NCBI GenBank assembly: GCA_963822445.1
Contig: CAWGHO010000003.1
Location: forward strand, 896,001 to 960,000
Direction of reading: 5' to 3'
Length of the DNA stretch: 64,000 nt
Source of the DNA: an uncultured Acidobacteriota bacterium
Lineage (GTDB): Bacteria; Acidobacteriota; Thermoanaerobaculia; Gp7-AA8
Made by a program: the position numbers and the translations under genes. Below are positions 39,576 through 50,300 of this stretch, one piece after another. The stretch's first letter is position 1. The number at the start of each line of letters is the position of its first letter. The notes below the pieces were generated by a model that ran no database searches, had not been told where the DNA came from, and worked only from the letters and a program-made list of their open reading frames with translations.

Positions 39576-40667
39576 TTACCGGCTCTCGCTCATCGGCGGC
39601 ACGACATCCGTCGGCACGGACGTTTGCCGCGTTTCGGTCTCGCGCGGCAGCAGGCGGAACCGGGAGGGGTCGTAACTGAGGGCCAGCAGTCGCCCTTTGT
39701 GCACGTTCGCGTCGGCGGGGAGCTCGATCCGAAGGGAGATTGCGCCGCTGAGCAGGCCGCGGGCGATCCAGCGGCCATTGGCGAAGCCCGCTTCTTCCAC
39801 GCCGAAGACCAGATCCGAGTCTTCGCCCGGTTTGGTCTGCGTGAAATCCGTTGGGCGGACCAGCGCCACGCCATTGCCCTGGAATGGCGCCTCCTTCACT
39901 TCCCAGAAGCCGATGACCGACTCGACGGAGTTGCCGCGGATCGTGATCGGGATCAGGTCGAACTCGCCCGTTGCCACCGCGGCGGCGTCGTTGATCGGAT
40001 TCGCGAAAATCTCCGCCGCTCCGCCGCTCTGCACGACCCGGCCCTGATCGAGCACGACGATGCGATCGGTGAACGCCAGCTCATCGCGCGCGCTGGGGGC
40101 GAAGATGACCGTCGTGCCCATGACCCGCAGCGTGCGGTAGAACGCGTCGGCGATGCGATCCCGCGACGAGGCTGATACGCCCTCGAGCAAGCGATCGGCG
40201 ACGAGAATCCCCGGTTTGAGCAACTCGACCCGTGCACACTGCACGCGTGTCCGCTCGGTCGACGACAGCGAATCGATGCGCCGTTCGAGCAATGTCTCCA
40301 GCCGCCACGCCTGCGCGGCCAGCGCGTAATCGCGATGGCGGTCTTCGCGATCGAGCGTGCGCGTGCGGACGGCGGCCACGAGCGCATGCTGCACGCTCCA
40401 GCGGCCGGGGATGTCGAGCTCAGACGTCGCGTAGAGCAGCGGACGTCGCGCGGGCTTGAGATCGTTGACGACGCGCGCGCCGATGACGATCTCGCCCGAT
40501 CGAGGTTTGAGCGTCCCCGCGATCAGCTTCAGCAGCGTCGAGGCGCCGCACGCCGGCGCGCCGACGATCGCCGAATGCGAGCTGCGAGGAAACAGCGCGT
40601 TGACGCCGCTGAGCACAAGCTCGCGGTCGTATCCGAACGCGAGGTTCCGTAGCGCGACGTCCAGCAC
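39576..40667 (-). CDS. ABC ATPase-fold protein with degenerate motifs and TOBE-like C-terminus
   Basis: GAPACGAST, LSSTE, ILVADR, DRIVVLDQGRVVQSG..EIFANP. Confidence 0.75.
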   Translation of the reverse strand: MLDVALRNLAFGYDRELVLSGVNALFPRSSHSAIVGAPACGASTLLKLIAGTLKPRSGEIVIGARVVNDLKPARRPLLYATSELDIPGRWSVQHALVAAVRTRTLDREDRHRDYALAAQAWRLETLLERRIDSLSSTERTRVQCARVELLKPGILVADRLLEGVSASSRDRIADAFYRTLRVMGTTVIFAPSARDELAFTDRIVVLDQGRVVQSGGAAEIFANPINDAAAVATGEFDLIPITIRGNSVESVIGFWEVKEAPFQGNGVALVRPTDFTQTKPGEDSDLVFGVEEAGFANGRWIARGLLSGAISLRIELPADANVHKGRLLALSYDPSRFRLLPRETETRQTSVPTDVVPPMSESR

Positions 40668-40676
40668 GCCGCGATT

Positions 40677-41138
40677 CTAGTTGGGCCGGCGTCCGGGAGG
40701 CGGACGCTTCGGACCAGGCCGCCCATCCATCGGCCGGTCCCGCTCCATCCGATCGAGGTGCTGCCGCAGCCGGTTCCACTGCGCTTCATTCAGAACACCG
40801 CGCATGTCGACGAGCATCATCAGCTCGCGCTCGAACAGCCGGCCGCGAGCGGTGTTCAATTCACCGGCAATCCGCTGGATGTCGGCGCGGCGCAGCACCG
40901 GTCGATCGATCTCGCCGCGCAGCCTGATCTGCAGTTTCTCGACAGCGGCCTTGGCGTCGATCAGACCGTCCGACGCATCGCGGAACACTTCGTCGAGCCG
41001 GTCCTGCTGGTCGGCGGTGAGCTCGAGGTTCTGCGCCACTTCCGCCCGACGCCACCATTTTCCGGGGGGAAGGTGCTGCGCTTCGGCAATGCCCGCCGCG
41101 AGCAGAAGCGCCGCGGCGATGAGGAAACGACGGGTCAT
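40677..41138 (-). CDS. Spy/CpxP-like periplasmic protein
   Basis: Signal peptide, LELTADQQDRL, VLNEAQW. Confidence 0.8.
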   Translation of the reverse strand: MTRRFLIAAALLLAAGIAEAQHLPPGKWWRRAEVAQNLELTADQQDRLDEVFRDASDGLIDAKAAVEKLQIRLRGEIDRPVLRRADIQRIAGELNTARGRLFERELMMLVDMRGVLNEAQWNRLRQHLDRMERDRPMDGRPGPKRPPPGRRPN

Positions 41139-41650
41139 AGGGACTTTTCTCCGTTCGAGGGCTCGACCCACGACTCCCAGGCCACGACGGACTGGAACTC
41201 GCTCAGCTCATCGGATTCCCACGGGTCAGAAGGCTCAGTGGCTTCAAGGCTCAAAGGCTCAGAGGAGAGCTGCGATGCGGTTTGGACGACTTGCGGCTTT
41301 GCGCCATTGAGCCTTTGCGCCTCTGAGCCTTCCCGCCAGGTCACCACCCCGCCGCCCAGCGCGAGCACGAACACCGCCGCGGCAGCGATTCGTGAAATGC
41401 GCGAAACGTACGACGTCCGCGCGCGCTGCGCGTCGATCTTCCGCATCACCAGCATCCGCTGGCGGGCCCAGAAGCTTTCCGGCTTTTCGTCGTGCGAGCA
41501 GGCGGTGAGGCTGCGCAGCTTGCGATCGAGACGCTCGTAGCGCGCCGCGCATTCGCTGCAGTCGGCGAGATGCATCATCACCGGCATCGATTCGCCGGGC
41601 TGCATGTAGAACGTCTCGAGCAGATCGGCTTCAGTGAAGTGCTGCTTCAT
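41135..41650 (-). CDS. zinc-finger anti-sigma factor (zf-HC2 plus TM)
   Basis: HLADCSEC, single TM; lies downstream of ECF sigma. Confidence 0.8.
   Translation of the reverse strand: MKQHFTEADLLETFYMQPGESMPVMMHLADCSECAARYERLDRKLRSLTACSHDEKPESFWARQRMLVMRKIDAQRARTSYVSRISRIAAAAVFVLALGGGVVTWREGSEAQRLNGAKPQVVQTASQLSSEPLSLEATEPSDPWESDELSEFQSVVAWESWVEPSNGEKSL
41231..41331. repeat. octamer tandem inverted repeat inside anti-sigma CDS
   Basis: AGGCTCAG TGGCTTCA AGGCTCAA AGGCTCAG ... CTTTGCGC CATTGAGC CTTTGCGC CTCTGAGC. Confidence 0.65.
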
Positions 41651-42284
41651 GTTCGGTCTCCTGGAGTCCTCGCGAAGTTCGCCAGCACGCGAGCTCCTTG
41701 CGAATCTTGTGAATGGCGCGGAAGAGGTGTGCGCGGACTGTGCCCGCGCGCAGGCTGAGATGGTCGGCGATCTCTTCCAGCGAGAGGTTTTCGTAATGAC
41801 GCAGGCGGAAGATGACCTTCTGCTGCGAGGAAAGCAGTTTCTCCGCGCGCTGGATGGCGATCCGGAGCTGTCCGGCCATGAACTGCCGCTCGGGATCCGG
41901 CCGCTCGTCGACCGGTTCGATCATGACCTCGGACTCTCCATCGTCGCCGCTGCGGAGCACGAAGAGGCTCGAGAATTTGCGGCGGCGCAGAAAGTCCCGC
42001 GAGCGATTGATGGCGATACGCGTCAACCAGGTCTCGAGACCGGCGCGTCCTTCGAAGCGGGCGAGGTTGGTGTAGGCCTGCACGAAGACATCCTGGGTGA
42101 TCGTGTCGGCCTCGGTCTCATCGCGGACGATGGCGAAGGCGACGCGGAAGATCTTCCGTTGAAAACGCTCGACCACGATTCCGTACGCGGCTCCGTCGCC
42201 GGCCAGGGTGCGGTCGATCAGCTCCTGGTCGGTCGGTGCGCTGGCTGTGTCGCTCAATCGGAACGCTGCCACGTTGCTTCTCAC
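41631..42284 (-). CDS. ECF sigma-70 factor
   Basis: ADTITQDVFVQAY, TWLTRIAIN, LSLEEIA..GTVRAHLFRA. Confidence 0.92.
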   Translation of the reverse strand: MRSNVAAFRLSDTASAPTDQELIDRTLAGDGAAYGIVVERFQRKIFRVAFAIVRDETEADTITQDVFVQAYTNLARFEGRAGLETWLTRIAINRSRDFLRRRKFSSLFVLRSGDDGESEVMIEPVDERPDPERQFMAGQLRIAIQRAEKLLSSQQKVIFRLRHYENLSLEEIADHLSLRAGTVRAHLFRAIHKIRKELACWRTSRGLQETEHEAALH

Positions 42285-42323
42285 GCGGGTTTGACGGTTC
42301 GGCCCGGATTTCGTTTACACATC

Positions 42324-43202
42324 TTAGGCGCGTCCGGCCCGCGGCGTTGCCGTGGCAAGGAAGACCCCGCCAAAGATCATCACCGCCGCGACGATCACGA
42401 TCCCCCGGAGATGCTCGCCGAGGAAGATCACGCCGAGGAGGGAGGCGAGAACGGGTTGGAGGTAGGTGTAGACGGCGACTGACGAGCTGTCCGCGTGTCG
42501 TAATGCCCATGCCTGCAACAGATACGCGCCGACGGTCGGGCCGGCGATGACCACACCAAGGGCCAGCCAGGCTTGCGGCGAGATGGCCGACCATCGCTCC
42601 TGCGACATCGGCCAGGCCGCGATCGGCAGCAGAACGATCGCCCCGACGGCGAACATCCTCGCGACCACCCGCCGCGCCGAAAGACGGGCCATGTGCGGCT
42701 TGGAGACGACGAGGTAAAGCGCGTAGGACAAGCAGTTGAGAATGAGCATCACCGCGCCGGCAAACGAGCGCCAGCTTCCGTGAAGGCCTTCGCCGCCGAC
42801 GACGAGCAACGCCCCCGCGCCCGCCAGCGCGATTCCAGCGATGTGCTGAATCGAAGCGGTCTCCTGCTTTGCCGCGATTGCGGCGGCGAGAGCGAAAACA
42901 GGGATGGTGGTGATGAGAATCGCCGCGACCTGCACCGTGCTCAGCGCGAGGCCCGCGAGGAAGAACGACTGGTTGATGACGACGCCGAGGATTGCCCAGC
43001 CGGCAACGCGGCGGCCGTCTTCGCGAGAAAGCTCCGGTTCATTCCGTGCGATCAGCCAGAGGATCACGCCAGCCCCGAGAATCCGCAGCCACGCGAAGCT
43101 GAGCGGAGAAAACTCCCGCATCCCCAGTTTCGAAATCAGGTAGTTGAGTGAGAAGAGAAGCGCGACGGTGAACAGCGCGGAATGGAGTCTGAGCTTCGAC
43201 AA
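42324..43202 (-). CDS. DMT/EamA family transporter
   Basis: About 10 TMs in two EamA repeats; YTYLQPV. Confidence 0.88.
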   Translation of the reverse strand: MSKLRLHSALFTVALLFSLNYLISKLGMREFSPLSFAWLRILGAGVILWLIARNEPELSREDGRRVAGWAILGVVINQSFFLAGLALSTVQVAAILITTIPVFALAAAIAAKQETASIQHIAGIALAGAGALLVVGGEGLHGSWRSFAGAVMLILNCLSYALYLVVSKPHMARLSARRVVARMFAVGAIVLLPIAAWPMSQERWSAISPQAWLALGVVIAGPTVGAYLLQAWALRHADSSSVAVYTYLQPVLASLLGVIFLGEHLRGIVIVAAVMIFGGVFLATATPRAGRA

Positions 43203-43205
43203 CGC

Positions 43206-46200
43206 TTAGGTTTCGTCCCTCTCCACCCACACATCGTGATACCGCACCGGCGGCGGCACCAGCGACGTCCGCACGCCGCGTACTTCGGGCTTGTGCAGGA
43301 CGAAGAGGCGCTCGTGGAACAGCGGCAGCATCGGCGCTTCCGTCACCACCATCTGATTCAGCGCGCGATAGATGTTCGCCCGCTCCTCGCTGTCGTTCGA
43401 GCGCCGGGCGGCCATGATCTGGGCGTCGATCTCGGGACGGTGGTAGTAGATCCCGGAGATCGACGTGGCCTGGCTGTGGAAGAAGATGAAGAAGAAGTTG
43501 TCCGAGTCGGGAAAGTCGGCGTACCAGTTCGCGCAGTAAATGAGGCCGTGGCCGCGGTGCGCGCGAGGCGCGCTGGCGTCGGTCGCGGAATGGCGGGTGA
43601 CGTTCACGCGGATGCCGATCGCGTCGAGGTCCTCGATGATCATCGGGATCATCCCCGAGTTGTTGAACTCGTCCGTGTCCCAGGTCCGGTACTCGACGTT
43701 GAAGCCTGAAGCGAGGCCGGCCTGCTGCATCAGCTTGCGGGCGCGCTCCGGGTCATGCTCGTAACCCTTCAGGTCGGGGTCGTATCCGAGAAGCCCGGGC
43801 GGAAGGAGCGATTGCGCGGGGACCGACAGCCCGGCGAATACGCGCTCGTTGATCCTTTTGCGATCGACGGCGTGTGCGATCGCCTGACGCACTTCCACGC
43901 GATCGAACGGCGGCGACGACGAATCCCAGGCGAGATACGACGTGTGCAGCTGCGTCGTGGTGAGCAGGTACGCCGCGTACTGCGCGTTCGCGCGAATCTC
44001 GTTCACGATCTTCGGCGGAATGCCGTGCGCGACGTCCAGCTCTCCGCGCAGAAACGCGTCCGACACTTCCTTGAAGCTGCGCAGGTCGAGGCGGAAATTC
44101 AGCTCGTCGAGCAGTGGCTGGCCGGGGATGAAGTAATCGCGATTTCTCACGAGCCGCACGTGATCGCCTTCCACCGCTTCCTCGACCTTGAACGGACCCG
44201 CGCCGATGCCGCGCAGACGATAGCGTTCCGGATCGCGCGCCTCTTCGGCCGGCACGATCCCGCATTCATGCATGGTCATCAGTGAGAGGAAAAAGGCCAT
44301 CGGCTCGGTGAGCTGAACGTCGAACGTGTGCGCGTCGCGCGTCACGAATCCGGCCAGGGTGCGCGTCTTCCCTTCGAGCACATCCGGCGCTCCGCGCACG
44401 CTTCGCAGAATCCAGGCGCCTGTCGATTTCATCTCCGGCAGCAGCAGACGGAGAAAGCTTTCGTTGACGTCGCGTGCCTCGACGGTGCGTCCGTTGTGAA
44501 AGCGCACGCCGCGGCGGAGATGGAAGCGGTACACGAGACCCTGCTCGAGCACTTCCCAGCGCTCGGCGAGATCGGGGATGAGCTCAGCACCCTCGCCGTA
44601 CCGCACCAGCGTCGCGTGAATGGCCTTGGACATGAACCCGAGCGCGGATGCCGAGGTGTGCGCGGGATCGAAGGTGAGCTTCTGCCAGAGCACGGTCGCC
44701 GTGGCCAGCTTGCCGCCCTGATTCGGCGCGGGAAGGGTGAAGCGGCCGAGCTCCTGTTTGAGGAGCGTCGATTCGTGGCTGAGCGTATTCGCCATCTGAT
44801 TGAGGTCGCTGACGCCGAAGCTCGACTCGCGCGAGCCGTGCTTGACGACGTCCATCGACTTCACGATGGCGGAGCTCTCCGCGGCGAGCACGGACGTCGA
44901 CTCGAGAACGGTCTGCACCAGGCCCATGATGTTTTCCATGGCCCGGCTGATGGCGCGGCTGCCCGTTTCCTGCTCGGTCATGGCGCGCTTGAGGTGCTTG
45001 GTGTAATCGCGGACGAGCGCGGCCTGCTCGCCGATCTTGCTCGAGGTCTGCGACTGCTGCTGCGTCGCGGCCGCGGTGGTCTGCACCATCTTCGTGACTT
45101 CCTCGATGGCCGACGTCGCCGCCGCGCTGCCGCGGGCCTGCTCTTCGGTTGCCCGGGCGATCTCGGAGATGGAATTCGTCGAGCGATCGGTGAGCTCGAG
45201 AATCTTGTCGAGGACCTGCGCCGCGCGAGCGGTGAGGCTGACGCCGTCCGTCACGCGGTCGGCGCTCATGGTCATCTGATCCGCGGCGCGTTCCACGCCC
45301 CGCTGGACGTTCTGAATCAGCGTGCGGATCTCTTCGGTCGATACCGAGGTCCTCTCGGAGAGATCGCGAATCTCGTCGGCGACGACCGCGAAGCCGCGGC
45401 CGCGCTCACCGGCCTGCGCGGCGATGATGGCCGCGTTCAGCGCGAGCAGGTTCGTCTGTCCGGCGATGTCGTCGATGACTCGGACGATGTCGCCGATCTC
45501 CTGCGAACGCTCGGCGAGGTCGTTCAGCGCGATCTTTGCGTCATCGACGGACACCTGGATCTTGCGCATGCCGTCGACCGTGCCTTCGACGGCGGAGCGG
45601 CCTTCGTTCGCGGCGTCTTTCACGTACCGCGCGAGCTCCGACGATTGCCGCGCCGAATTGCGGATCTCCTCGGTCGTCGCATTCATCTCGACCATCGACG
45701 AGGCGGTCTGCGTCGCGAACGACGAGAAGCTCTCGGTGTTGGTGGCCACTTCGTTGATCGACGCGATCATCTCTTCGATGGCCGAACCGGTCTGCTCGAC
45801 GAACTCCGAAAGCGTGTCGGCGATGCGGCCGACTTCCTCGATCGACGCGGACATCTGCAGGATCGAGGTCGAGGTCTCTTCCGCGTTCGCGGAAAGCTCT
45901 TCCATGCTCCGGCGCACGCTGTTGATCGATTGATCGATCTGCATGACCGAGGAGGAGGTGGATTCGGTCGATTCGAGCTGTTCGGTTGCGCTGCGGGCCA
46001 GGATGCGCGAGCGGCCGCTGATCTGATCGCTGACTTTCGCGACGTCGGCGGCGAGCTGGCCGAAGCGGCGGATGGTGCGCTCGAGATTGGCGACCAGGCC
46101 GCGCATGGCCGTGGCCATGCGGGTGGACTGCGTTTCCGCGACGATGTCGCGCGAGCTCAGGGACAGGTCGCCCGAGGTGATGCGATCGATGAGCTTGAGG

Positions 46201-46409
46201 ATGCCTTCGCGGCGGGCCAGGACCTTGGCGAGCCAGAGTTGAAAGATGAAGACGCAGATGAACGCCGCCGCAAAGGCGGCGATCATGACCTTCCACCACA
46301 TCGAGAAGGTCAGGCCGGGGACGAACGCCACGAAAATGGCGAACAAAACGATGCACGCAAACAACAGGACCCATGCCTGCTGAGTCCGTCCGAAGTTACG
46401 TATGTTCAT
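43206..46409 (-). CDS. methyl-accepting chemotaxis protein fused to C-terminal family-5 solute-binding domain
   Basis: Two N-terminal TMs; [34 protein letters not shown]; then [45 protein letters not shown]. Confidence 0.9.
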   Translation of the reverse strand: MNIRNFGRTQQAWVLLFACIVLFAIFVAFVPGLTFSMWWKVMIAAFAAAFICVFIFQLWLAKVLARREGILKLIDRITSGDLSLSSRDIVAETQSTRMATAMRGLVANLERTIRRFGQLAADVAKVSDQISGRSRILARSATEQLESTESTSSSVMQIDQSINSVRRSMEELSANAEETSTSILQMSASIEEVGRIADTLSEFVEQTGSAIEEMIASINEVATNTESFSSFATQTASSMVEMNATTEEIRNSARQSSELARYVKDAANEGRSAVEGTVDGMRKIQVSVDDAKIALNDLAERSQEIGDIVRVIDDIAGQTNLLALNAAIIAAQAGERGRGFAVVADEIRDLSERTSVSTEEIRTLIQNVQRGVERAADQMTMSADRVTDGVSLTARAAQVLDKILELTDRSTNSISEIARATEEQARGSAAATSAIEEVTKMVQTTAAATQQQSQTSSKIGEQAALVRDYTKHLKRAMTEQETGSRAISRAMENIMGLVQTVLESTSVLAAESSAIVKSMDVVKHGSRESSFGVSDLNQMANTLSHESTLLKQELGRFTLPAPNQGGKLATATVLWQKLTFDPAHTSASALGFMSKAIHATLVRYGEGAELIPDLAERWEVLEQGLVYRFHLRRGVRFHNGRTVEARDVNESFLRLLLPEMKSTGAWILRSVRGAPDVLEGKTRTLAGFVTRDAHTFDVQLTEPMAFFLSLMTMHECGIVPAEEARDPERYRLRGIGAGPFKVEEAVEGDHVRLVRNRDYFIPGQPLLDELNFRLDLRSFKEVSDAFLRGELDVAHGIPPKIVNEIRANAQYAAYLLTTTQLHTSYLAWDSSSPPFDRVEVRQAIAHAVDRKRINERVFAGLSVPAQSLLPPGLLGYDPDLKGYEHDPERARKLMQQAGLASGFNVEYRTWDTDEFNNSGMIPMIIEDLDAIGIRVNVTRHSATDASAPRAHRGHGLIYCANWYADFPDSDNFFFIFFHSQATSISGIYYHRPEIDAQIMAARRSNDSEERANIYRALNQMVVTEAPMLPLFHERLFVLHKPEVRGVRTSLVPPPVRYHDVWVERDET

Positions 46410-46468
46410 AGAGTTCCGACTTTGGATGATACATGAGCGCCTGCGGCGATCGGTTAGCATCGGCGCCG

Positions 46469-47344
46469 GTGAACGAGTACTTCGATTCGAGGCGCGCGCT
46501 GGTGGACGACTACCTTCGTCAACTGGCCGGGCGCACGGACGCACCCGCTCCGCTCCGCGCCCCACTCGAACGCGCGCTGACCTCGGCCGGCAAACGCGTA
46601 CGGGGCATTCTGCTGATCGCGGTGGGGGAGGCGTCGGGCTGCCGCGCCGAGAAGCTGGTCGCCGCCGCCGCGGCCATGGAGATGATTCACGCGTCCTCGC
46701 TCGTGCTCGATGACCTTCCGGCGATGGACGACTCTGTCCTGCGGCGCGGCCAACCCACGCTGCATCGCGAATTCGGGGAGGATCTGGCGATTCTGTCCGC
46801 GGTGGCGCTGCTCAATCACGCGTACGGTCTCATCGCCCAGGCGCATGCCGAGCTGTCGCCGCGCCGCTGGCCGATGCAGCAGGTGATGCAGCGCGTGGTC
46901 GACGCGGTCGGCTGGAACGGAACGATCGCCGGCGAAGCGGTCGACCTTCACAGCGCCGACTCGCCGCTCGATTTCGACACGCTGGAGTTCATTCACTCGC
47001 GCAAGACCGGAGCGCTGTTCGTTGCCGCGGCCGCAGTCGGAGGCATGCTCGCGAACATCCACACCGCGCCACTGCAGCGCATCGAAGTCTTCGCGAAGAA
47101 TCTCGGCCTGGCGTTTCAGATCACCGACGACGTCCTGGACGTCACCTCGAATCCGGAGGTGCTTGGCAAGGATGTAGGCAAAGACGAGCAGCGGCTGACG
47201 TTCGTCAAACTGGCGGGCGTCGACGGAGCGCGCAAGCTCAGCGAGGAACTGGTCGAGACGTCGCTCGCAGCCATCGAGCCCCTCGGCACGACGGCCAGGC
47301 CGCTGCGCGACCTGGCCATCGTGGTGCGGGATCGGATTCGCTGA
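46469..47344 (+). CDS. polyprenyl diphosphate synthase (IspA/CrtE-like)
   Basis: [35 protein letters not shown]. Confidence 0.92.
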   Translation: MNEYFDSRRALVDDYLRQLAGRTDAPAPLRAPLERALTSAGKRVRGILLIAVGEASGCRAEKLVAAAAAMEMIHASSLVLDDLPAMDDSVLRRGQPTLHREFGEDLAILSAVALLNHAYGLIAQAHAELSPRRWPMQQVMQRVVDAVGWNGTIAGEAVDLHSADSPLDFDTLEFIHSRKTGALFVAAAAVGGMLANIHTAPLQRIEVFAKNLGLAFQITDDVLDVTSNPEVLGKDVGKDEQRLTFVKLAGVDGARKLSEELVETSLAAIEPLGTTARPLRDLAIVVRDRIR

Positions 47345-47345
47345 G

Positions 47346-50300
47346 CTACTTAACCCCGTTTCTCAATTCGCTCACATGAGCGGCTTTCACCATGGTGGTG
47401 CCGGCGGTGAGAGCCGGATCGGTGAATGCGATCGCGGGCAACCCCAGTGCCGTGCGTGCGGCATTGAGGCTCGAGCGCAATTCGGTGATGTGCAGGGCCT
47501 TGAACGGCCCCCCGATCGTCACTGAGTCCGTGAACGTCTGCGCTGCCAACCCAGCCGCGGCGCGCATGGCGTTGACAGCGCCTCGCAGCTCATTGACGTG
47601 CACCGCTTTCATCCCCGTGCCCGGACCGAGAGGATCGTCGGTGAAGATGACGGTCGTGGCGAGATCGGGACTGCTCAGTTCCGGAAGCGGGGCCACGCTG
47701 ACGCGTACCCGATAGGTGTACGTCGTATACGGCACGAGACCCGTGTCGGTCGTGGAATTGCCGCCCACGGTCTTGACCAGGACCAGCGGTCCACCGTTCG
47801 AGCTGCGCAGGATGTCGTAGCCCGGTGCATTTGGAATCGCCGTCCACGTGAGCGCGACGCTCGAGGAAGTGGCCGCGGTGGCAATCAGATTCGTCGGCGT
47901 GAACAAGACGTTCGCCACGTCGGTCGCGCTGTTGTTCGAAGGCACGACGTCGCCGCCGCCGGATACGTTGGCGGTGTTGGTCAACGTCGCCGGCGCGTTC
48001 ACGCTGACGTTCACGTTGAGGATGATCACCGGGTAGGTCTGATTGACGGCGAGACTGTCGGTGCGTGAGCACGTCACCGCCGCGAGATCGCAATTCCAGC
48101 CCGAGCCGGTCAATGCGATAGGCGTAATGCCGGTCGGCACGGCATCCGTCACCGTGACAGTTCCGCTCGACGGCGCGGCGCCACTGTTGCCGACATTGAT
48201 GTAGTACGTCGCTCCCTGCTGGCCGCGCGCCAATGGTCCAAGACGCGTTTTGGTAATGGTCAGATCGGCGCCCTGCACGATGGTCGTCGGATCGCTCGCG
48301 CTGTTGTTGCTGGTGACCGCGTCCGCGCCACCGGAGACAGTGGCGGTGTTCGTAACGCTTGCCGGGGCGGTCTCCGAGACCGTCACGAAGAGACTGATGT
48401 CGGGATAACTTCCTGACCCGAGCGTATCGCTGCGCGTGCAGGTGAGAGTGGCCAGCGTGCATGACCATCCGGAGCCGCTCATCGCCGTCGCGGTCAGTCC
48501 GGCAGGCAGAACATCGGTGACCGTCACCTGTCCGAGTGTGCCGCCCGCGGCGATGTTCGCGACGTTCAACGTGTACTTCGCGTTCGTCTGGCCACGCTTG
48601 AAGTTTCCGGCATGGCTCTTGGCGATGGTGAGATCGGGACAGCCGCCGCTCATCACGATGAGCTTGTCATTGTGCGCGGTCGTCACGGCCAGGTCGGGTC
48701 TCCCGTCCGCATTGAAATCTCCGATGACCAGGGCCGTCAGTCCATTGCCGACGGAATAGCTCATCTCCGGCTGGAACGTTCCGTCGCCATTACCGAGCAG
48801 GATCACGACTCTGTTCGAGCTTCCGTTCACGATGACCAGGTCGGCTTTGCCATCGCCGTTGAGATCCTCGACGGTCGCGGAGAACGAGCCGTAACTGACC
48901 TGGAAGATCACGGGTGCCTGGAACGTCCCGTTTCCATTGCCGAGCGAGACGAAAGCAGTCCCCGAGTAGTAGCTGCCCGCGACGAGATCGACGTTGCCAT
49001 CCCGATTGAAGTCGCCGGCGCTGACCCAGTAGGTCGAGTTGCCCGACGCATATTGGACGGCACTCTGGAAGGTACCGTTGCCGTTGCCGAGGAGTACCCA
49101 GAGGCCGCCGTACTCGCTCGACACGACCAGGTCCAGTCTGCCGTTGCCGTCGAAGTCGGCGACTGTCAGTGATTGAGGATACTGGCCGGCCGGGTATTCA
49201 GCCGCTGTCTGAAGCGTTCCGTTCCCATTTCCGAGAAGAATGTGAACCACACCTTGATAGGCCCCCTCGGTCGCAGCGACGTCCAGATCCCCGTCGCCAT
49301 CGAAATCTCCGAGTGCGACCGAATTGACGTAGTCACTGACCGGATACTGGACGCGCGCTGCAAACGTGCCGTTTCCGTTGCCCAGCAGCACTGAGACGCT
49401 GCCGCTGTATTGATTCAGGATGACCAAGTCGGAGATGCCGTCGTTAGTGAGGTCTCCCGTGGCCACCGCGATCGGAGCGTCGCCGACCGCGTATTTGCTT
49501 GCTGTCGCGAACGTACCATCTCCGTTCCCGAGGTAGATCGAGACGTTGTCGGCGTAGTAGTTGGCCACGACGAGATCGGCGTACGCGTCGCCGTTGAAAT
49601 TCCCCATGGCCAGGTCCTGGGGATTGTCGCCGGTGTCGTATTGCACGCTGATGCCGAAGCTCCCGCAGTTCTGGCTGTTCCAGATTACTGTCAGATCGGA
49701 TGCCGTGTTGTTCGTGGCGACGCCATCCCCGCCTCCTGTGACCGCAGCGACGTTCGTTACCGAGGTCGGAGCGTTGGCGGCGACGTTGACGGTGAGCGTG
49801 ATCGCCGGGTAAGCGGTATTGGCCGCGAGCGCGTCGCTGCGGGTGCATGTCAAATTGCCGAGGGTGCAGTTCCATCCCGTGCCGGCGATTGCGGTCGCCG
49901 TGAGGCCAGCAGGCAAGGTGTCGACGACGGTGACGAGACCCGCCGTTGCCAGACCGCCCGCGTTCCTGACGAGCAGTTTGTAAGTCCTGCCGGTGTCTCC
50001 CTGAGCGAAATTGCCGGAGTGGGTCGCCGTAATGGTGAGGTCCGTAACCGGCTCGACCGTCGTTTGATCGCTGGCGGTGTTGTTCAGTGCATCGAGCTCT
50101 CCGCCGCCGGCCACGGTGGCTGTATTGGTCACGCTGGCCGGGGCGCTGCTCGCTACCTTTACCGTCAGCGTGATCGCGGGATAACTCGCGCCGGGCGCGA
50201 GACTGTCGGTGCGCGTGCACAGAAGCGTCGCCGCACTGCACGACCATCCCGTGCCGCTCAACGCTGTTGCGGTCAGTCCGGCCGGGAGGGTGTCCTTCAC

